From the NCBI GenBank assembly GCA_032718475.1, contig JAUCBJ010000788.1, positions 62,001 to 126,000 of the forward strand: a stretch of DNA of 64,000 nucleotides. Direction: 5' to 3'. Both the position numbers and the translations under genes were made by a program. Positions 47,193 to 61,025 of this stretch are shown here, piece by piece. This DNA comes from Nemertoderma westbladi. Its lineage: Eukaryota > Animalia > Xenacoelomorpha. The notes under the pieces are model-generated. The model saw only the letters and a list, made by a program, of their open reading frames with translations. It was not told where the DNA came from and did no database searches. Within the stretch, counting starts at the first letter, position 1. Each line of letters begins with the position of its first letter.

Positions 47193-50100
47193 CAGTCTTG
47201 TTCACAATTAAAATCCATTCTTCAATCTGCATCAATCTGAATCAATCTACTCTCATAGAAAAATAATAGTTAGATTGATAAAATTGAACCTACTTTCAAC
47301 TTCTTCAATCCAGACTTTCTGTCTAGATTGATCAGATTTAACAGATTGAAAATGTAGAGCCGAAGTATCCCTCTGTGCAGAGATGCCATTGGTTAGTATA
47401 GGGCAGTGTAGGGCAGGGGAATAAAGAGCAGGGCGGCTAGGCGGGTAGACTAAGGTCAAAGAGCATGGCGGCTGCATCAAACAACTATAGGCCAGGCTAC
47501 TAATGGGATCCCGCAATGCCTTAGATTGATTGACAGGCACTGTAACAATACAGTTGGTGTGTGTGTGGTGTTCTACTGAATTGCGGTAGTGTACTGTAGA
47601 ATACTGTAGTTAAATTCCTCCTTTCCAGTTGCAGTCTATACAATGTACTGTAGATTATTTTACTTGGCTAACCGCACTATTCCCTGCATTAAATATTACA
47701 ATAAACGAATAAACCCCTGGAAAAATGCTTGGTAGAATGTATCGTTCTGTATAAATAATTTTTCAATAAATAATTGTTTATAATTAAATATATTTATGTT
47801 ACTTATTATTCAATTATTTAATTTAAATATACAAATAAAAGCATGCAAATAACACAACAAGGAATGAATAAATATCATCATAATCATTAGATCATTATAA
47901 TGCAATCTCTTATATACAATATTTAATGCGCTGCATGTCCCTTAGATAGTTTATGTTTAGAAAAACCGTTCGTTATCGCTTTAGCCGCTATAGATATTTT
48001 AAACGTTTTTATTTTTAAATAGTACATTTAGGCGCCCATTTACAATGTTTTTCGCGATTCCCCAAATTTTCTCAAAGTTTTCACCAGACAGGATTCTGAC
48101 AGGGTCTGGATTCTGACTAAGGTTTCGCAGAGTTTCCAAGGAGATGCCATACTTTTGCAATGGAATGGTTTCCAATTGTTCGGATTTATTTGACCGTGTG
48201 GATGATAGTGTTTTTTCAGCCGCGGGTAGAATATCATTCCCTTGTGACATTAAACGTTCAATAGCATCAGTAAGACGCAATGAGATAGCGCTATTCTCCA
48301 TTAATATTAAATTAGTTGATTGCAAACTCAAAACAAACTGTGTAAGTAAATTGATCAAATTTCCCAATGTTGTGATACCGGCAACCATACCTTCTAACCC
48401 AGCCACACCCGAACCACCTAGACCAGCCACACCCGAATCAGAACGTCCTAACCCAGCCGCAGCCACACCGAACCACCTGGACCAGCCACACCCGAACCAC
48501 CTAGACCAGCCACACCCGAACCCCCTAGACCAGCCACACCCGAACCACCTAGACCAGCCACACCCGAATCAGAACGTCCTAACCCAGCCACACGCGTACC
48601 CAAACCACCTGGACCAGCCACACCCAAACCACCTAGACCAGCCACACCCTAATCAGAACGTCCTAACCCAGCCGCAGCCACACCGAACCACCTGGACCAG
48701 CCACACCCGAACCACCTAGACCAGCCACACCCGAACCCCCTAGACCAGCCACACCCAAACCACCTAGACCAGCCACGCCCGAACCACCTAGACCAGCTAC
48801 ACCCGATCCCCCTATACCAACCACATTCGAACCCCCTAGACCAGCCACACCCTAACCACCTGGACCAGCCACACCCGAACCACCTAGACCAGCCACACCC
48901 GAACCCCCTATACCAACCACACCCGAACCACCTAGACCAGCCACACCCGTACCCAAACCACCTGGACCAGCCACACCCGTACCCAAACCACCTGGACCAG
49001 CCACACCCGTACCCAAACCACCTGGACCAACCACACCCGAACCCCCTATACCAACCACACCCGAACCACCTAGACCAGCCACACCCGTACCCAAACCACC
49101 TGGACCAGCCACACCCTAACCACCTGGACCAGCCACACCCTAACCACCTAGACCAGCCACACCCGAACCACCTAGACCAGCCACACCCGATCCCCCTATA
49201 CCAACCACACCCGAACCACCTAGACCAGCCACACCCGAACCACCTGGACCAGCCACACCCGAACCACCTAGACCAGCCACACCCGAACCCCCTATACCAA
49301 CCACACCCGAACCACCTAGACCAGCCACACCCGTACCCAAACCACCTGGACCAGCCACACCCGAACCACCTAGACCAACCACACCCGAACCACCTAGACC
49401 AGCTACACCCGAACCCCCTAGACCAGCCACACCCTAACCACCTGGACCAGCCACACCCTAACCACCTAGACCAGCCACACCCGAACCACCTAGACCAGCC
49501 ACACCCGATCCCCCTATACCAACCACACCCGAACCACCTAGACCAGCCACACCCGAACCACCTAGACCAGCCACACCCGAACCACCTAGACCAGCTACAC
49601 CCGAACCCCCTAGACCAGCCACACCCCAACCACCTAGACCAGCTACACCCGAACCCCCTAGACCAGCCACACCCTAACCACCTGGACCAGCCACACCCGA
49701 ACCACCTAGACCAGCCACACCCGATCCCCCTATACCAACCACACCCGAACCACCTAGACCAGCCACACCCGAACCACCTAGACCAGCCACACCCGAACCA
49801 CCTAGACCAGCTACACCCGAACCCCCTAGACCAGCCACACCCTAACCACCTGGACCAGCCACACCCGAACCACCTAGACCAGCCACACCCGAACCCCCTA
49901 TACCAACCACACCCGAACTACCTAGACCAGCCACACCCGAACCACCTAGACCAGCCACACGCGAACCACCTAGACCAGCCACACCCGAACCACCTAGACC
50001 AGCTACACCCTAACCCCCTAGACCAGCCACACCCTAACCACCTGGACCAGCCACACCCGAACCACCTAGACCAGCCACACCCGAACCCCCTAGACCAGCC

Positions 50101-50514
50101 ACACCCGAATCCGAACGTCCTAGACCCAGCCACACCCGAACCACCTGGACCAGGACCAGCCACACCCGAACCACCTAGACCAGCCACACCCAATTTATGG
50201 TATGATCTCTTTATTTGCTATACCATGTTAAATTTAATCAGTTAGTAAACATTTAATTTGTAATATACTGTAAATAATGCTTACTAAAATACATTTACTT
50301 TATTGGCTTGCAAGTGCCCCATAATTTATCTGATCCCTGCATTAATCTACTCATTCAAATCAACAAACAGCTTTACTTTGGGGAGCCAACCACGACCGTC
50401 TGTCAATCACTCAGTAGGCTAGAAACTTGCGGTGCCATGAAAGAGTTTTACAGATTGAGGAAATTGAACAGATTGAACAGATTGAAGAATGGACTTTAAT
50501 TGAGAACACAACTG
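47193..50514. mobile_element. Nested TA-flanked TIR element (Tc1/mariner-like ends), no transposase seen
   Basis: TA|CAGTCTTGTTCACAATTAAAATCCATTCTTCAATCTG pairs with CAGATTGAAGAATGGACTTTAATTGAGAACACAACTG|TA. Confidence 0.7.
48399..50191. repeat. 24-bp minisatellite CCAGCCACACCCGAACCACCTAGA (~70 copies, some 30-bp variants)
   Basis: Direct observation; the minus strand translates as (GVAGLGGS)n. Confidence 0.97.
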
Positions 50515-53500
50515 TAATATAAATTTATTGATATTAATGCAAAGTTAAATGAATAGTGAATAAAAAAAATGGTGTTATCTTAAAATCAAATTGAAATTTG
50601 TTCTGCTTAAATATAATACCATTACCACACAATAGATATACAGATAGGGAAAATAGGAAATGTTAGGCATTTAGGTGTGTAGGTGTTAGTTGTACAGTAG
50701 GATATGTAGGTAAGATGTGTTAAGTTAGTTCTACATTCCCCACTGCCATATCCCCATAGTAACAATCCACAGTGCAAACAGAAGAATGCTTCAAATTTTG
50801 CTTAATTATTGATTGAGAACTATTAAGATCTTTGTAGAACTTTGTTATATATCATTAATTCTGCAAAGATATGCACTAATCTTACCAATCCTGCAAAGAT
50901 CTGTACTGATCGTTACCAACCCTGCTAAGATCATAGAGCGAAGGTGCCAAGATCTTACCAAGACATATAAAGATCTTATGCTAAGATCAGTGCAGATTGG
51001 TGATGTTGCAAGTCTAGGGGTCAGTGCTAGCGTCTCCCATACTTTGGCTAGAACAGCCATAATAGCTACAGGGCGATACTTGGTTTTATCCCTACCTTTA
51101 CTGGACCCTGCCGTTTACCATTACTATTTGCCCCTTGACTCTTCTGTAAATTACTTTTATATTGCCCCAGCAACTCACCTGCTAGTGTGCCATTAATATC
51201 TGCCTGCAGTCGGTTATTAGCTGCCTTCTTCATATCCATGGTCTTTCTCACCTCGCCCCTGGAGCGTTTACTATCACCCGAGCAATACTTGGCCAACGAC
51301 ACTATGTATCTTTGATAATTGGAATGTTCAATTTGCTAGTTCAATTAGCTATGTAAGTAACTCTGAAATTCTAAAATTATTTAGGACAAACGACTTAGAC
51401 ATCGAATCCTTCCGAGCGGGCATTGGACTATTAATTCGAATGCAGCGCGCAACCAACGGCATCTTACAACCAGTCCTACGATGCAACTTGTAATTTAACT
51501 CTTCAGAACAGTCTCTACCAATCTATCATGGCCTTGCCTCAACTTTTGCAAAATGCATGAAGTATTTCCCCTGCCCTTCGCTACAATCAATGTTACTATA
51601 TGACTACAACAAGAAATCAATATTAGAAAACATTTGTAATGGATCACTATCGGCCAAAGACGTGGCAAGCGAGAAGTACATACAGGGAATATATGACTTG
51701 GAAACAATTAACTTCAAAACAAAACACGACAAAATTATTCAATACTTCGCCATTACCGCTTGATCCTTATACCATTTAATGTATAATTAATTAATTATGG
51801 CACCACACTTTCGTGGATAATGATTTAGATTAATTCCTTGTGAAGTGTGAATGAATGTATCTTGTCTCTCATCATTATTTTATCTCTTGTAATTCTCCTT
51901 TGTGTTTACGATGTATCTCACTTGACATATATTCTATAACCATGTTTCGGAATTATGCCACATTTTCAATTTACTTATACTAGGCCTACGCAACTATCGT
52001 TTTTGGTGTTTGTCTGGTGGGACGAAAAATACAAGTAGCATAAAATTTCAAACGGCAATAATCAAACTTGGTTGGATAATATTCGTGTCATATTCGTGAT
52101 CAGCATCCCAGAAAACCCACAATGGCATAAAATGAGGTTGATTCGGTAATGATTTTTGATTATAAAATTTGTGCTACTTGTATTTTTCGTGCCGCACATT
52201 GACATTGACACGTATCATCCAAAAAAAGCCGTAATCAACAAGGTAGGATATTTTTCAGTGTCATATTCGTGATCAGCATCCCAAAAAAAACCATATGTTC
52301 ATAAAATATGTACATATGATTTCGTGGTGATTTTTCATTATCATATTTCCACTACTTGTTTTTTTCGTGCTCCAGGGGCACAAATAACTGATATAACAAC
52401 ATGCTGATGTTGTTATATTACACAACTCTTCGATATTTTTGATGGAGGTAGAGGAATAAACCTTCCCAATGAAATCATCCACATTCTAAAACCTCATTAG
52501 TCAAACTGTTTACCACAATTTACCACTTTTTAAAAAAGTGCTACTTTCACTTTTGGTGCTCTTTTAATAGCTATTGATAAAAAAATGAAAATTTTGCTTC
52601 TAATCTCGCTTTCGATTACTAAATATTGAAAAGATGATAGAAAAAATAACGTATTGAGGGTCTTTAGCTGGTTATATTATATTAGATAAAGATACAATAG
52701 TAAACGTTTTCGACCTACCGGTCTGCATCAGACTATGTACTGGCAACTATGGTTATTTTTTCTATCATCTTTACACTATGCTGCCGCTGGTGAATGCCTA
52801 CCACTTCATCCATTCGACTAAATATTGAATTCAACAAAACAAAAAAGCATAGCATGGTTATACCAAAGTCTTTGAAGGGTGATGTATTTTGTGTAATTTT
52901 ATCAATTCCGAAAGGTGTTGATATGGTATGGGTGTCAGGAACTCCTAATATCTCGGAACCCCCCCCCCCCCCCCCCCCCCCACATGCACTTTTAAAAATG
53001 GGATGGTGGGTGGGTTTATTTAATTTAATTTAATTTATTCCAAGTTTAGCGATTGTTGGGGGTGGCGGGTTTACCACCAATTATTGCTCATCTAAGCATA
53101 TGGGATGCTGGCGAGGATAAATTTGCAGGAATTATTTTAACCTCATTCTGAATATGGGATAAAAGAGCGCTTTGATTTCTGAAAGTCAGTGTACAGGGGT
53201 AGGCACCAGCAATTTATCGAATATTATTATTATATTATAGACATATATATTTATATATGAAGAATTCATACATTGGAAAACTTAATTCTTTGACATTCTA
53301 AACAGGCCGCTCGTTTTGCTGCACAGGCTAACTGCATATCGAAATCTTATATTTTTATCAGAGAATCATTCAATTTCTGTGCGTATAACATTTATGCCTA
53401 ACTCGTGTTGTATTCCACCGTGAACCTTGTTTATATGTTGCCTAGCAGCAGTTGTGGTAGTGCTGAACTCTCATTGGTAACTACCGGTTCAGGTATTCTT

Positions 53501-55199
53501 GCGTCCTATTGGCTGTTCTATTTTGCAGTATTACTTGTTTATATAGTCGATGTTCATCCCATTACTCCCAGGCGTAACCTAACAACATATTAGTCTGTTG
53601 CGAGTCATTGTAACTACCGGACTCGTAATATTTCACCTTGCTGCATGCATTGTAGCTTGCTGCATGCATTTTAACATCTTGCTTGTTGCATTATTATTAT
53701 TAGTTACTATTATTGCTTTACCATTGTTGATGAATATACAAGACCAGAGATCACACCAACTTGATTTCCACACGGTTAGTGCTGACTGTGCCCTGTCTGT
53801 AATAGATTCGGTTCATTTTAGTGCGAGTGTGTGCGTCCATAGTACTGCAATATTATTCCCCAACTGGTAACTAACATCTATTGGCATTATGTATGCAGCA
53901 CGAGTGAACTGTGCGCTTACCCCGCACTAAGTCAAACATAGTGTCTTACCTGTAATATATGTAAGCCACACATACATTTACTCGCCAACAACACAATATA
54001 ACGGAACGGTTTACGTAACTATCACCCCCCCCTCCCCCCCCCCCCCCCCTTGAAGCAGTTTGTAAGCGCCGAAGCTTTATACTTACAGTAATTGGTTGTA
54101 CATTCAGTTTAGATATATATATTAGATAATATATATACAGTACGTGAATGACTTTGTTATGCTATAGGCCTAGTTGAGGAACACTGATCCCATTCAAAAC
54201 CGCCAGATCATCAGATGGTTGCAGTTACAGGAAGTTTTTATCTACTGTGGAATGTAATGATGTCCCTGCAACATATCATCTGGCTGCCTCACCATTTTCC
54301 ATCAATGACATAATGTGATACGCTCAGAAGGATCGAAAATCACAACTTCAGGTTCTCTACCACCAACTGGAATCCCATGCGTCGCAGTTGTTATATCTCC
54401 TTGATGCTACTGTATTATCCCCTCTGAAAAGAGGATGCAATCACTGAAATGGAGACAGCCATCAAAAAATGATCAAGGTTGCCTTTGCTATTCCAATCAA
54501 GGCACAGTGTCACATCGTGGCATGGTCGTTGGTCGGTAACACTCATTCTTATCTAAGGTTAACTCGGATGAAACAAGTATACTCACCACAGCTGTTCTGT
54601 GCCCTTTGGGTGATGAAGATTCATAGTGGATCCTCTGTAATTATGTAGATTTAAACAAGATTGGATTTAAGACTAATTTCTAATTTATTCAATAGCCAAT
54701 TACTGGTATAGCATTTATATATATACCATTCCTACATATTTCCGTTGTCTACCAGATGGACTCCTAAAGCCAGTCAAATATCTCGAAAGCCACAGGGCAC
54801 AAAATCAACATTTTGATTTTTTTTGGGCTATTTGGGCCAAGAGTAAATGATAATTATAATAGGCATTGTTTGGCATCCATTTTTAAATTGTGGTAGATAA
54901 AGGGTTAACAGTTTAACCTGCTAATTTAAGTGTCTTAGGAATTGACTATTGCCCGTACTAATTGACATCAGTTGAAGCCAGTCTAGCGCGGTGTATGACC
55001 CACGGATGAGGGAGACTGGATTCGGTTATAAAGAGAGCAGTAGGCTACTTTGTATTATTCGATTGATCACTACTATATAATCTCTGACAAATATATTTAC
55101 TTTCGGGGAAATATTAACAGTTCCTTTGGGGCGTGGCGCTTTGAGTATCAAGCAGAGTTATGACTGACACTTGTCTAATTACAACTAGTGGCAATTTTA

Positions 55200-56700
55200 T
55201 TTATTTAATCTTTAAACCAGGCCGTGGCCCATAAAATACACTTATTTATAAGTATAGTAATAGCACAGACGAAATACATAATTACTAATTAACATACAAG
55301 GAGGCAAAGTTATATAGGTAAATAATATACTATGATGATTAATTTTGTACTACATGGTTCAACCAACAAATCATTAATCCACAGGCAAAATAAATATGCG
55401 TGAGACTGCGTTTCTCCGGGATGCAACGTATGCAGTATGCAAAACACAATTATTACTTTTAATAACTCTAGTAAAAAGACTGTTAGTCGATCTGTAACGC
55501 ACATGTTTGAACATCGGAATGTTATGGGAGCCAAAAAATAAAGACATACTAGTTGGCTCTTCATTAGTTACCCTAGGGATGTTAAAAAGCATCCGGGTAC
55601 AATTATTATATGCTACACGAATTTTGTCTAGAGCCGACTGAGCACAATTATAACGTGACCACAATGCATTGCAATAAATAGGTGTACAGAAAGCTTTAAA
55701 AAGTTTCACCTTAATACTATCAGTACAACTACCAAAACGCCGTGCTAGATAGTTACCACGAGCATACAGTGAGTGGGTTTTTCTAGTAATATCGTAGTTA
55801 TCATCGGTCGAACTGTGAAACACATGTCCTAGATACACAAATTTGTCAGCAATATCAATAGGTTTGCCATAAATATAAACATTAGTTGGACTCACTTTTG
55901 AGAATTTCGGAAAATAATAAGACATTTTGTTTTCTTAATATTAAACAGCATAGAATTTGCATTTGCAATTTCAACCGCCATGTTAATAAATGATTGAGGC
56001 CAACAATTGAGTTACTGAGGATGCAAAGATCATCTGCATAACACAAATGATTAATTCTAACATCATTCAGTTTACAACCGAAATCAGAGTTATTTAATAT
56101 AACACTCAGATCGTCAATATAAATATTGAAGAAAACTGGTGATAATATACCACCCTGTTTGGTACCGTTTGTCACTGCAAAGCCTGTAGACAATATAGAC
56201 CCCCAACGTACACGCATTATCTGAGCCCTATACCAATACAAAATAATCTTAACTATAAATAGCGGCACACCGCGATCAATAAGTTTACGAAAAAGCATGA
56301 AGTGGTTAATACGGTCAAAAGCTTTACTAAAGTCCATCATACAAACATATACAGGTGTATTAGATGCTAAATTTATTAATTCTTTAAGTGTGTATACACA
56401 CATCTCAGTCCCGAGTTTTGGTTTGAAGCCAAACTGGTTACTACACGTAGTCAGAGTGTCTAGTGTACTCTTAAGTATTACATTTTCAAGGACCTTTCCT
56501 ATTACCGTTGCTATGGCAATGCCACGATAATTGTCCTTGGACGTTAGGTCCTGGGACCTATCTTTAACTAGAGGTATTAAAATAGATTCTATCAAAGTAT
56601 CTGGCAAATATCCATGATAGAATATTGAATTAAACAACACAGTTAGACTGTTTAATAAATCTAAATTGCACCCATAATAAAATGCTCTGCACATAACCCC
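55200..56700 (-). pseudogene. 5'-truncated LINE reverse transcriptase, frameshift at ~55980
   Basis: NYRGIAI..VIGKVLE, QFGFK, DFSKAFDRI, GTKQGGILSP, YADD, YLG; A-rich AATAA end near 55200. Confidence 0.93.
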
Positions 56701-57986
56701 TGCAGAAACAGCTGGTACATTTCCTCATCCCAGCTCTGAGTTTTTGACAGACACATAGTTGCATATTAAGTTTATAGGCCTTTTAGAGTATTTAGCGCAT
56801 TGCTCAAAATGACTTATTTTGTCCGCAAAAGCTTTTACATAAAGGGTGACAACACGGAATATTTACTGTAGAATAATTACGAAGAATTATCGACCGTATC
56901 TTTACTATGTGTCCTTAATAATTAACATCTATTATAGACTAAACGGATTTAATTCCGTATTTTTATTATTATTATCTGGTGCATTTAAATAATAAATTAT
57001 AACACTTTATTATTATTATAATTAAATATTGAGGCAATAAAAGGTGACATAATTTTAATAAAAAAGAGGTAGCATAAACCTGAACAATTTAAGGTTAAAA
57101 TAAATAATTTTCATCCCCCAAATTTAAAATAAAATGTCATCCCGTTCCAATCCCAGTCAAAGAACCGACTCTGACAGTTCCCATAGTGACGTCAATTCCA
57201 ATCTTGATGTGACAACGATACCAATGCATTTCGACTCCGATAAATCCCCTACAGAGCAAGTATCCGAGCCGGAGCCTCAAGGTCTGGCGTTAGTGGAACT
57301 TAATCCAATAATGCCGTCAAAATTACAGCGACCCCCCACTGTCACCAGGAAAGAGACACAAAAATCGACTAACAATATAGACCCCACTGACCTCGAATTA
57401 CAATCTGACCAACCGGGAGTGGCCGGAACATGTTGTACATGTGTGTACTGTAAAGGAATATATTGGCATGGATTAGGGTCACAGCCTTCCAAATGAGTGA
57501 TTCAATTTCCCCCACATACAGTATGCGAATGTAAATGAAGTAAACGTTTGAGATTGATTGATTGATTGATATGAAAACGATAAATTAATAAGTTATGGAT
57601 AGAGCAAAAATTATAGCACACACAACAAAATAAGTTCAGAAGAGTTAGATCGATAATAAATTACAGTTTGGGGAGATATATTCATCTCCAAATTCTTATT
57701 ACTTCCACTTGAAAGTTTCACTGAAATGTTTGGTGCCTCGATTACGCAATAATGAACTGATGGCTGACACCACACCTCTTTTTGGGCGGCTCGGATGACA
57801 AGGAACCTGTCTTTGTGACGTTCTTAACCACATCACCACCTGTGTCAAGAGCTACTGCAATATGATGTTGATGCCGCTCAAAGCGATGCTGATGTTGAGC
57901 AGCCTGAGGCTCTGCGGATACCCGCCTCCATAAACTTATACTGTATGCTAATGTTTATGCAACAACAGAATAGTGCGTTACGCTCA

Positions 57987-58098
57987 TGCGTGCGTGCGTG
58001 CGTGCGCGCGTGCGTGCGTGGCTGCGAGCGTGCGTGCGTGCGCGCGTGGCTGCGAGCGTGCGTGCGTGCGCGCGTGGCTGCGCGCGTGCTTGCGTGCG
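57987..58098. repeat. (GCGT)n compound microsatellite
   Basis: Direct observation. Confidence 0.9.
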
Positions 58099-58499
58099 CC
58101 GAGGCCAACCATATTTTTCAACACTCGATATTTTTACTCTCGATATTTTTACTCTCGATATTTTTAAGTCTCGTTATTTTTCACCATTACCGTTAATTTT
58201 ATTAAAAATTATATATATATTGTATTTTATTTTATTGTATTATATCACATTTGAATCAAATTAAGAGTGTTCCTCCTCTTGCTACCCTCCCCTCCCCTCC
58301 CCTCTTCCCTCTGCACCCAACCCAAAGGTACAGATAACAACTATTACAGTATAATCGGCCTGCTGAATTGAAACTGCACAATGAGATGCTATACTGGCTT
58401 CACAAAAGTATTTTGCCTGACCACCATGCCATACATAGGCCTACTCAATTGGCAAGCCCAATATAGCGTGCATTAACAAATGCAATGCTGGTTTAACAA

Positions 58500-58690
58500 C
58501 CAAATTGCACCGCCACATCTCCCTATCCCCCATAACTTTCGCGAGATTATCCGCATCTTCAAGGCCAGTAACCTTTAAGAGGCGCCTCAAGATAGTCATG
58601 ACTGTCCACCATGCTTATTTTCTCCATGGGGGCTGCCAAAACACAAGATTGTGCACAGACTGGTCCTTACGGCAAAAACAATATCCTGGA
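58500..58690 (-). pseudogene. Short RTE-like LINE 3' fragment homologous to ~62770-62965
   Basis: CRKDQSVHNLVFWQ versus RREDQPVHNLVLWQ, with aligned nucleotide similarity. Confidence 0.7.
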
Positions 58691-59157
58691 AACAATTCAA
58701 TGACATACAAAATAATAATATTATTTTTAAGAAAATTTCTCAAAAATCCCATCAAAAAAACAAACTTTTGTGGATACAATTTTTTTTGGATATAAGCCTT
58801 CTGCAGTGGTAATGTTATTGACAAGCATTAAATGAGATCTGTCTTATACCTGAGAACGTAAGCAATAAAATATTAACAGACTCTGCAGGAATAGGAGGTA
58901 GGAAGGGATGAAGTGGAAATCTCTAGCTGGTCAATCTCTGTCCCTGTCTTGTAGTTAGTGTAGTTACATCCCCTCTTCCACTCGTAGTTACATCCCCTCT
59001 TCCCCTCCTCCCCTCCACCCTTCCACTCCCAGTGAACCGTCAAATGAGGCCTTAACACAATTCCAAACATGTGCGTGACTACTGTAATATGGAATTATTC
59101 ACAGCGGGGATTGTAGTTTCAAAGCCAGAATACAAATTAAGATCAATATGTAGCTTA

Positions 59158-59842
59158 CCACCACAACTACAGTAGGCCTACATTACATTACATGACAACC
59201 ATTAAAGCTTTATAGAACAAATAAACAGATGTTTGTTTGCGAGCTAATAACGTCTTAATTACTCCTACCTAGTTTTCAAGCACAGAACCATACAATTTGG
59301 ATCAATAACATACAGTACAATATATACTGTATCAACCAGCAAAGCATATAGAACTTATTAACGTAATATATGCAACGCATTCATTTGTCTTGGCGCAGGA
59401 CGAAGTAATCATACTTAAGGTTCCATTGTTTCAAATGTTTAATAGACGATTTCTACTGTAGGTAGAGGTAGACTTGTTTACTGCTGAGTCCCCTTACTAA
59501 AATTCTAATTCAGATTTTTGACACCACAACGCCAAATTTGTTTTTATTTTATCATATATTGATAGTTATTAGCCTTCAAAGATTTTCCAGCATACATACT
59601 GACGGACTGACCGAAAGACAGACAATGGCTGAAACCGCTCAGAAACATGCTCATCACGCTTACTTTGTCGCCCCATAATTCTTTGCGACATAATATTTAC
59701 CCTCTAAAAATTTCATTGCGTGCAAACGCTACATATACATAAATGTAGACCTAAACTGTAGTGTAATGTACAGTATATAAACTTGTAATTACAGTATATG
59801 GAAAACAAACGCGCTTTTTCCCCCAGCGACACCTTCATGTAG
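59158..59842. repeat. Dispersed ~680-bp direct repeat, copy 1 (copy 2 at ~61877-62544)
   Basis: CCACCACAACTACAGTAGG...GGAAAACAAACGCGCTTTT shared with small indels. Confidence 0.9.
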
Positions 59843-59940
59843 AATATTTCCAAGGAACTTTAGTGAGAGCATATGGTTGTACTTGAAGGGGTGATAGGCA
59901 GGGAACAAAAGCTATTTGTTTTTCATGTAATAGCGTTAGG

Positions 59941-60568
59941 CCTTGTAGAAAGTCTTTCCTGACACATCTAGTAAGTGACAGCAGCCTTGTAGAAAGTCTT
60001 TCCTGACACATCTAGTAAGTGACAGCAGCCTTGTAGAAAGTCTTTCCTGACACATCTATTAAGTGACAGCAGCCTTGTAGAAAGTCTTTCCTGACACATC
60101 TAGTAAGTGACAGCAGCCTTGTAGAAAGTCTTTCCTGACACATCTATTAAGTGACAGCAGCCTTGTAGAAAGTCTTTCCTGACACATCTATTAAGTGACA
60201 GCAGCCTTGTAGAACGTCTTTCCTGACACATCTATTAAGTGACAGCAGCCTTGTAGAAAGTCTTTCCTGACACATCTATTAAGTGAGAGCAGCCTTGTAG
60301 AACGTCTTTCCTGACACATCTAGTAAGTGACAGCAGCCTTGTAGAAAGTCTTTCCTGACACATCTATTAAGTGAGAGCAGCCTTGTAGAAAGTCTTTCCT
60401 GACACATCTATTAAGTGAGAGCAGCCTTGTAGAAAGTCTTTCCTGACACATCTATTAAGTGACAGCAGCCTTGTAGAAAGTCTTTCCTGACACATCTATT
60501 AAGTGACAGCAGTCTTGTAGAAAGTCTTTCCTGACACATCTATTAAGTGACAGCAGCCTTGTAGAAAG
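59941..60568. repeat. 44-bp tandem repeat CCTTGTAGAAAGTCTTTCCTGACACATCTATTAAGTGACAGCAG, ~14 copies
   Basis: Direct observation. Confidence 0.97.
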
Positions 60569-61025
60569 TAATGAGTGATAGGGAGTTTTGGGGTCGCAAT
60601 TTTAGAATAGAATTTAATGCAATTTGCAATCAAACGTTGCCCTGGTGTGTGTCCTACTCCAGTCTTGGAGGTGAATCTGTTGTTCCATCTCCCAGACTGG
60701 AGTGCGACACTCACAAATGCAACACATCACCTGGCATGAACTGTGCTTGACCGTGAACCCATGAAGCAAAGCATCCCTAACAGCAAACACAACCCTAATG
60801 ATGTCACTGACTCTACAACGACAATAATTGCTGTTAATTCTATCGGTATTATTTTATGTTACATTTTCGAATGAATTTCTATTGTAGCATTTCAAACAAA
60901 ATCTGGTTATCCAGTTGTATGCTTCAGTACAACACTACGTGGAGCACAAAGTCTATAGGTCTTTGCATACCCATTGCATTCAGTGGACCTTGCCATCTGT
61001 TCCTATATAAGTAACAATATATATA

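Larger units (their letters stand above)
46492..51019. mobile_element. Non-autonomous TIR DNA transposon (EnSpm/CACTA-like), 4.5 kb
   Basis: CCCTAGACT...AGTCTAGGG imperfect TIRs and GATC-rich subterminal repeats. Its removal rejoins the LINE RT frame. No clean TSD. Confidence 0.65.
45722..51300 (-). pseudogene. Second degenerate LINE on the minus strand, split by the 46492-51019 insertion
   Basis: KYRPVAIMAVLAKVWE (~51030-51080) joins to QMGFK, LDLTSAYDKVD, GLRQGGILSP..FN, SYGYDI and TYLG (46490-45830). Confidence 0.8.

Noticed and set aside
48649-49629. 326-aa Cys/Trp-rich (GCGWSRWF)n protein
   Set aside because: Alternative frame of the 24-bp minisatellite with no unique flanking coding sequence.
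54975-55150. Possible tRNA-derived SINE (A/B-box-like words, GCGCTTTGAG tail)
   Set aside because: Boxes are too degenerate, and no TSD or cloverleaf could be established by eye.
57134-57496. 120-aa Ser/Pro-rich ORF
   Set aside because: No recognisable domain or supporting gene structure; cannot be supported as a gene.
57878-58264. (HART)n and (CVRA)n ORFs
   Set aside because: Translations of a (GCGT)n microsatellite.
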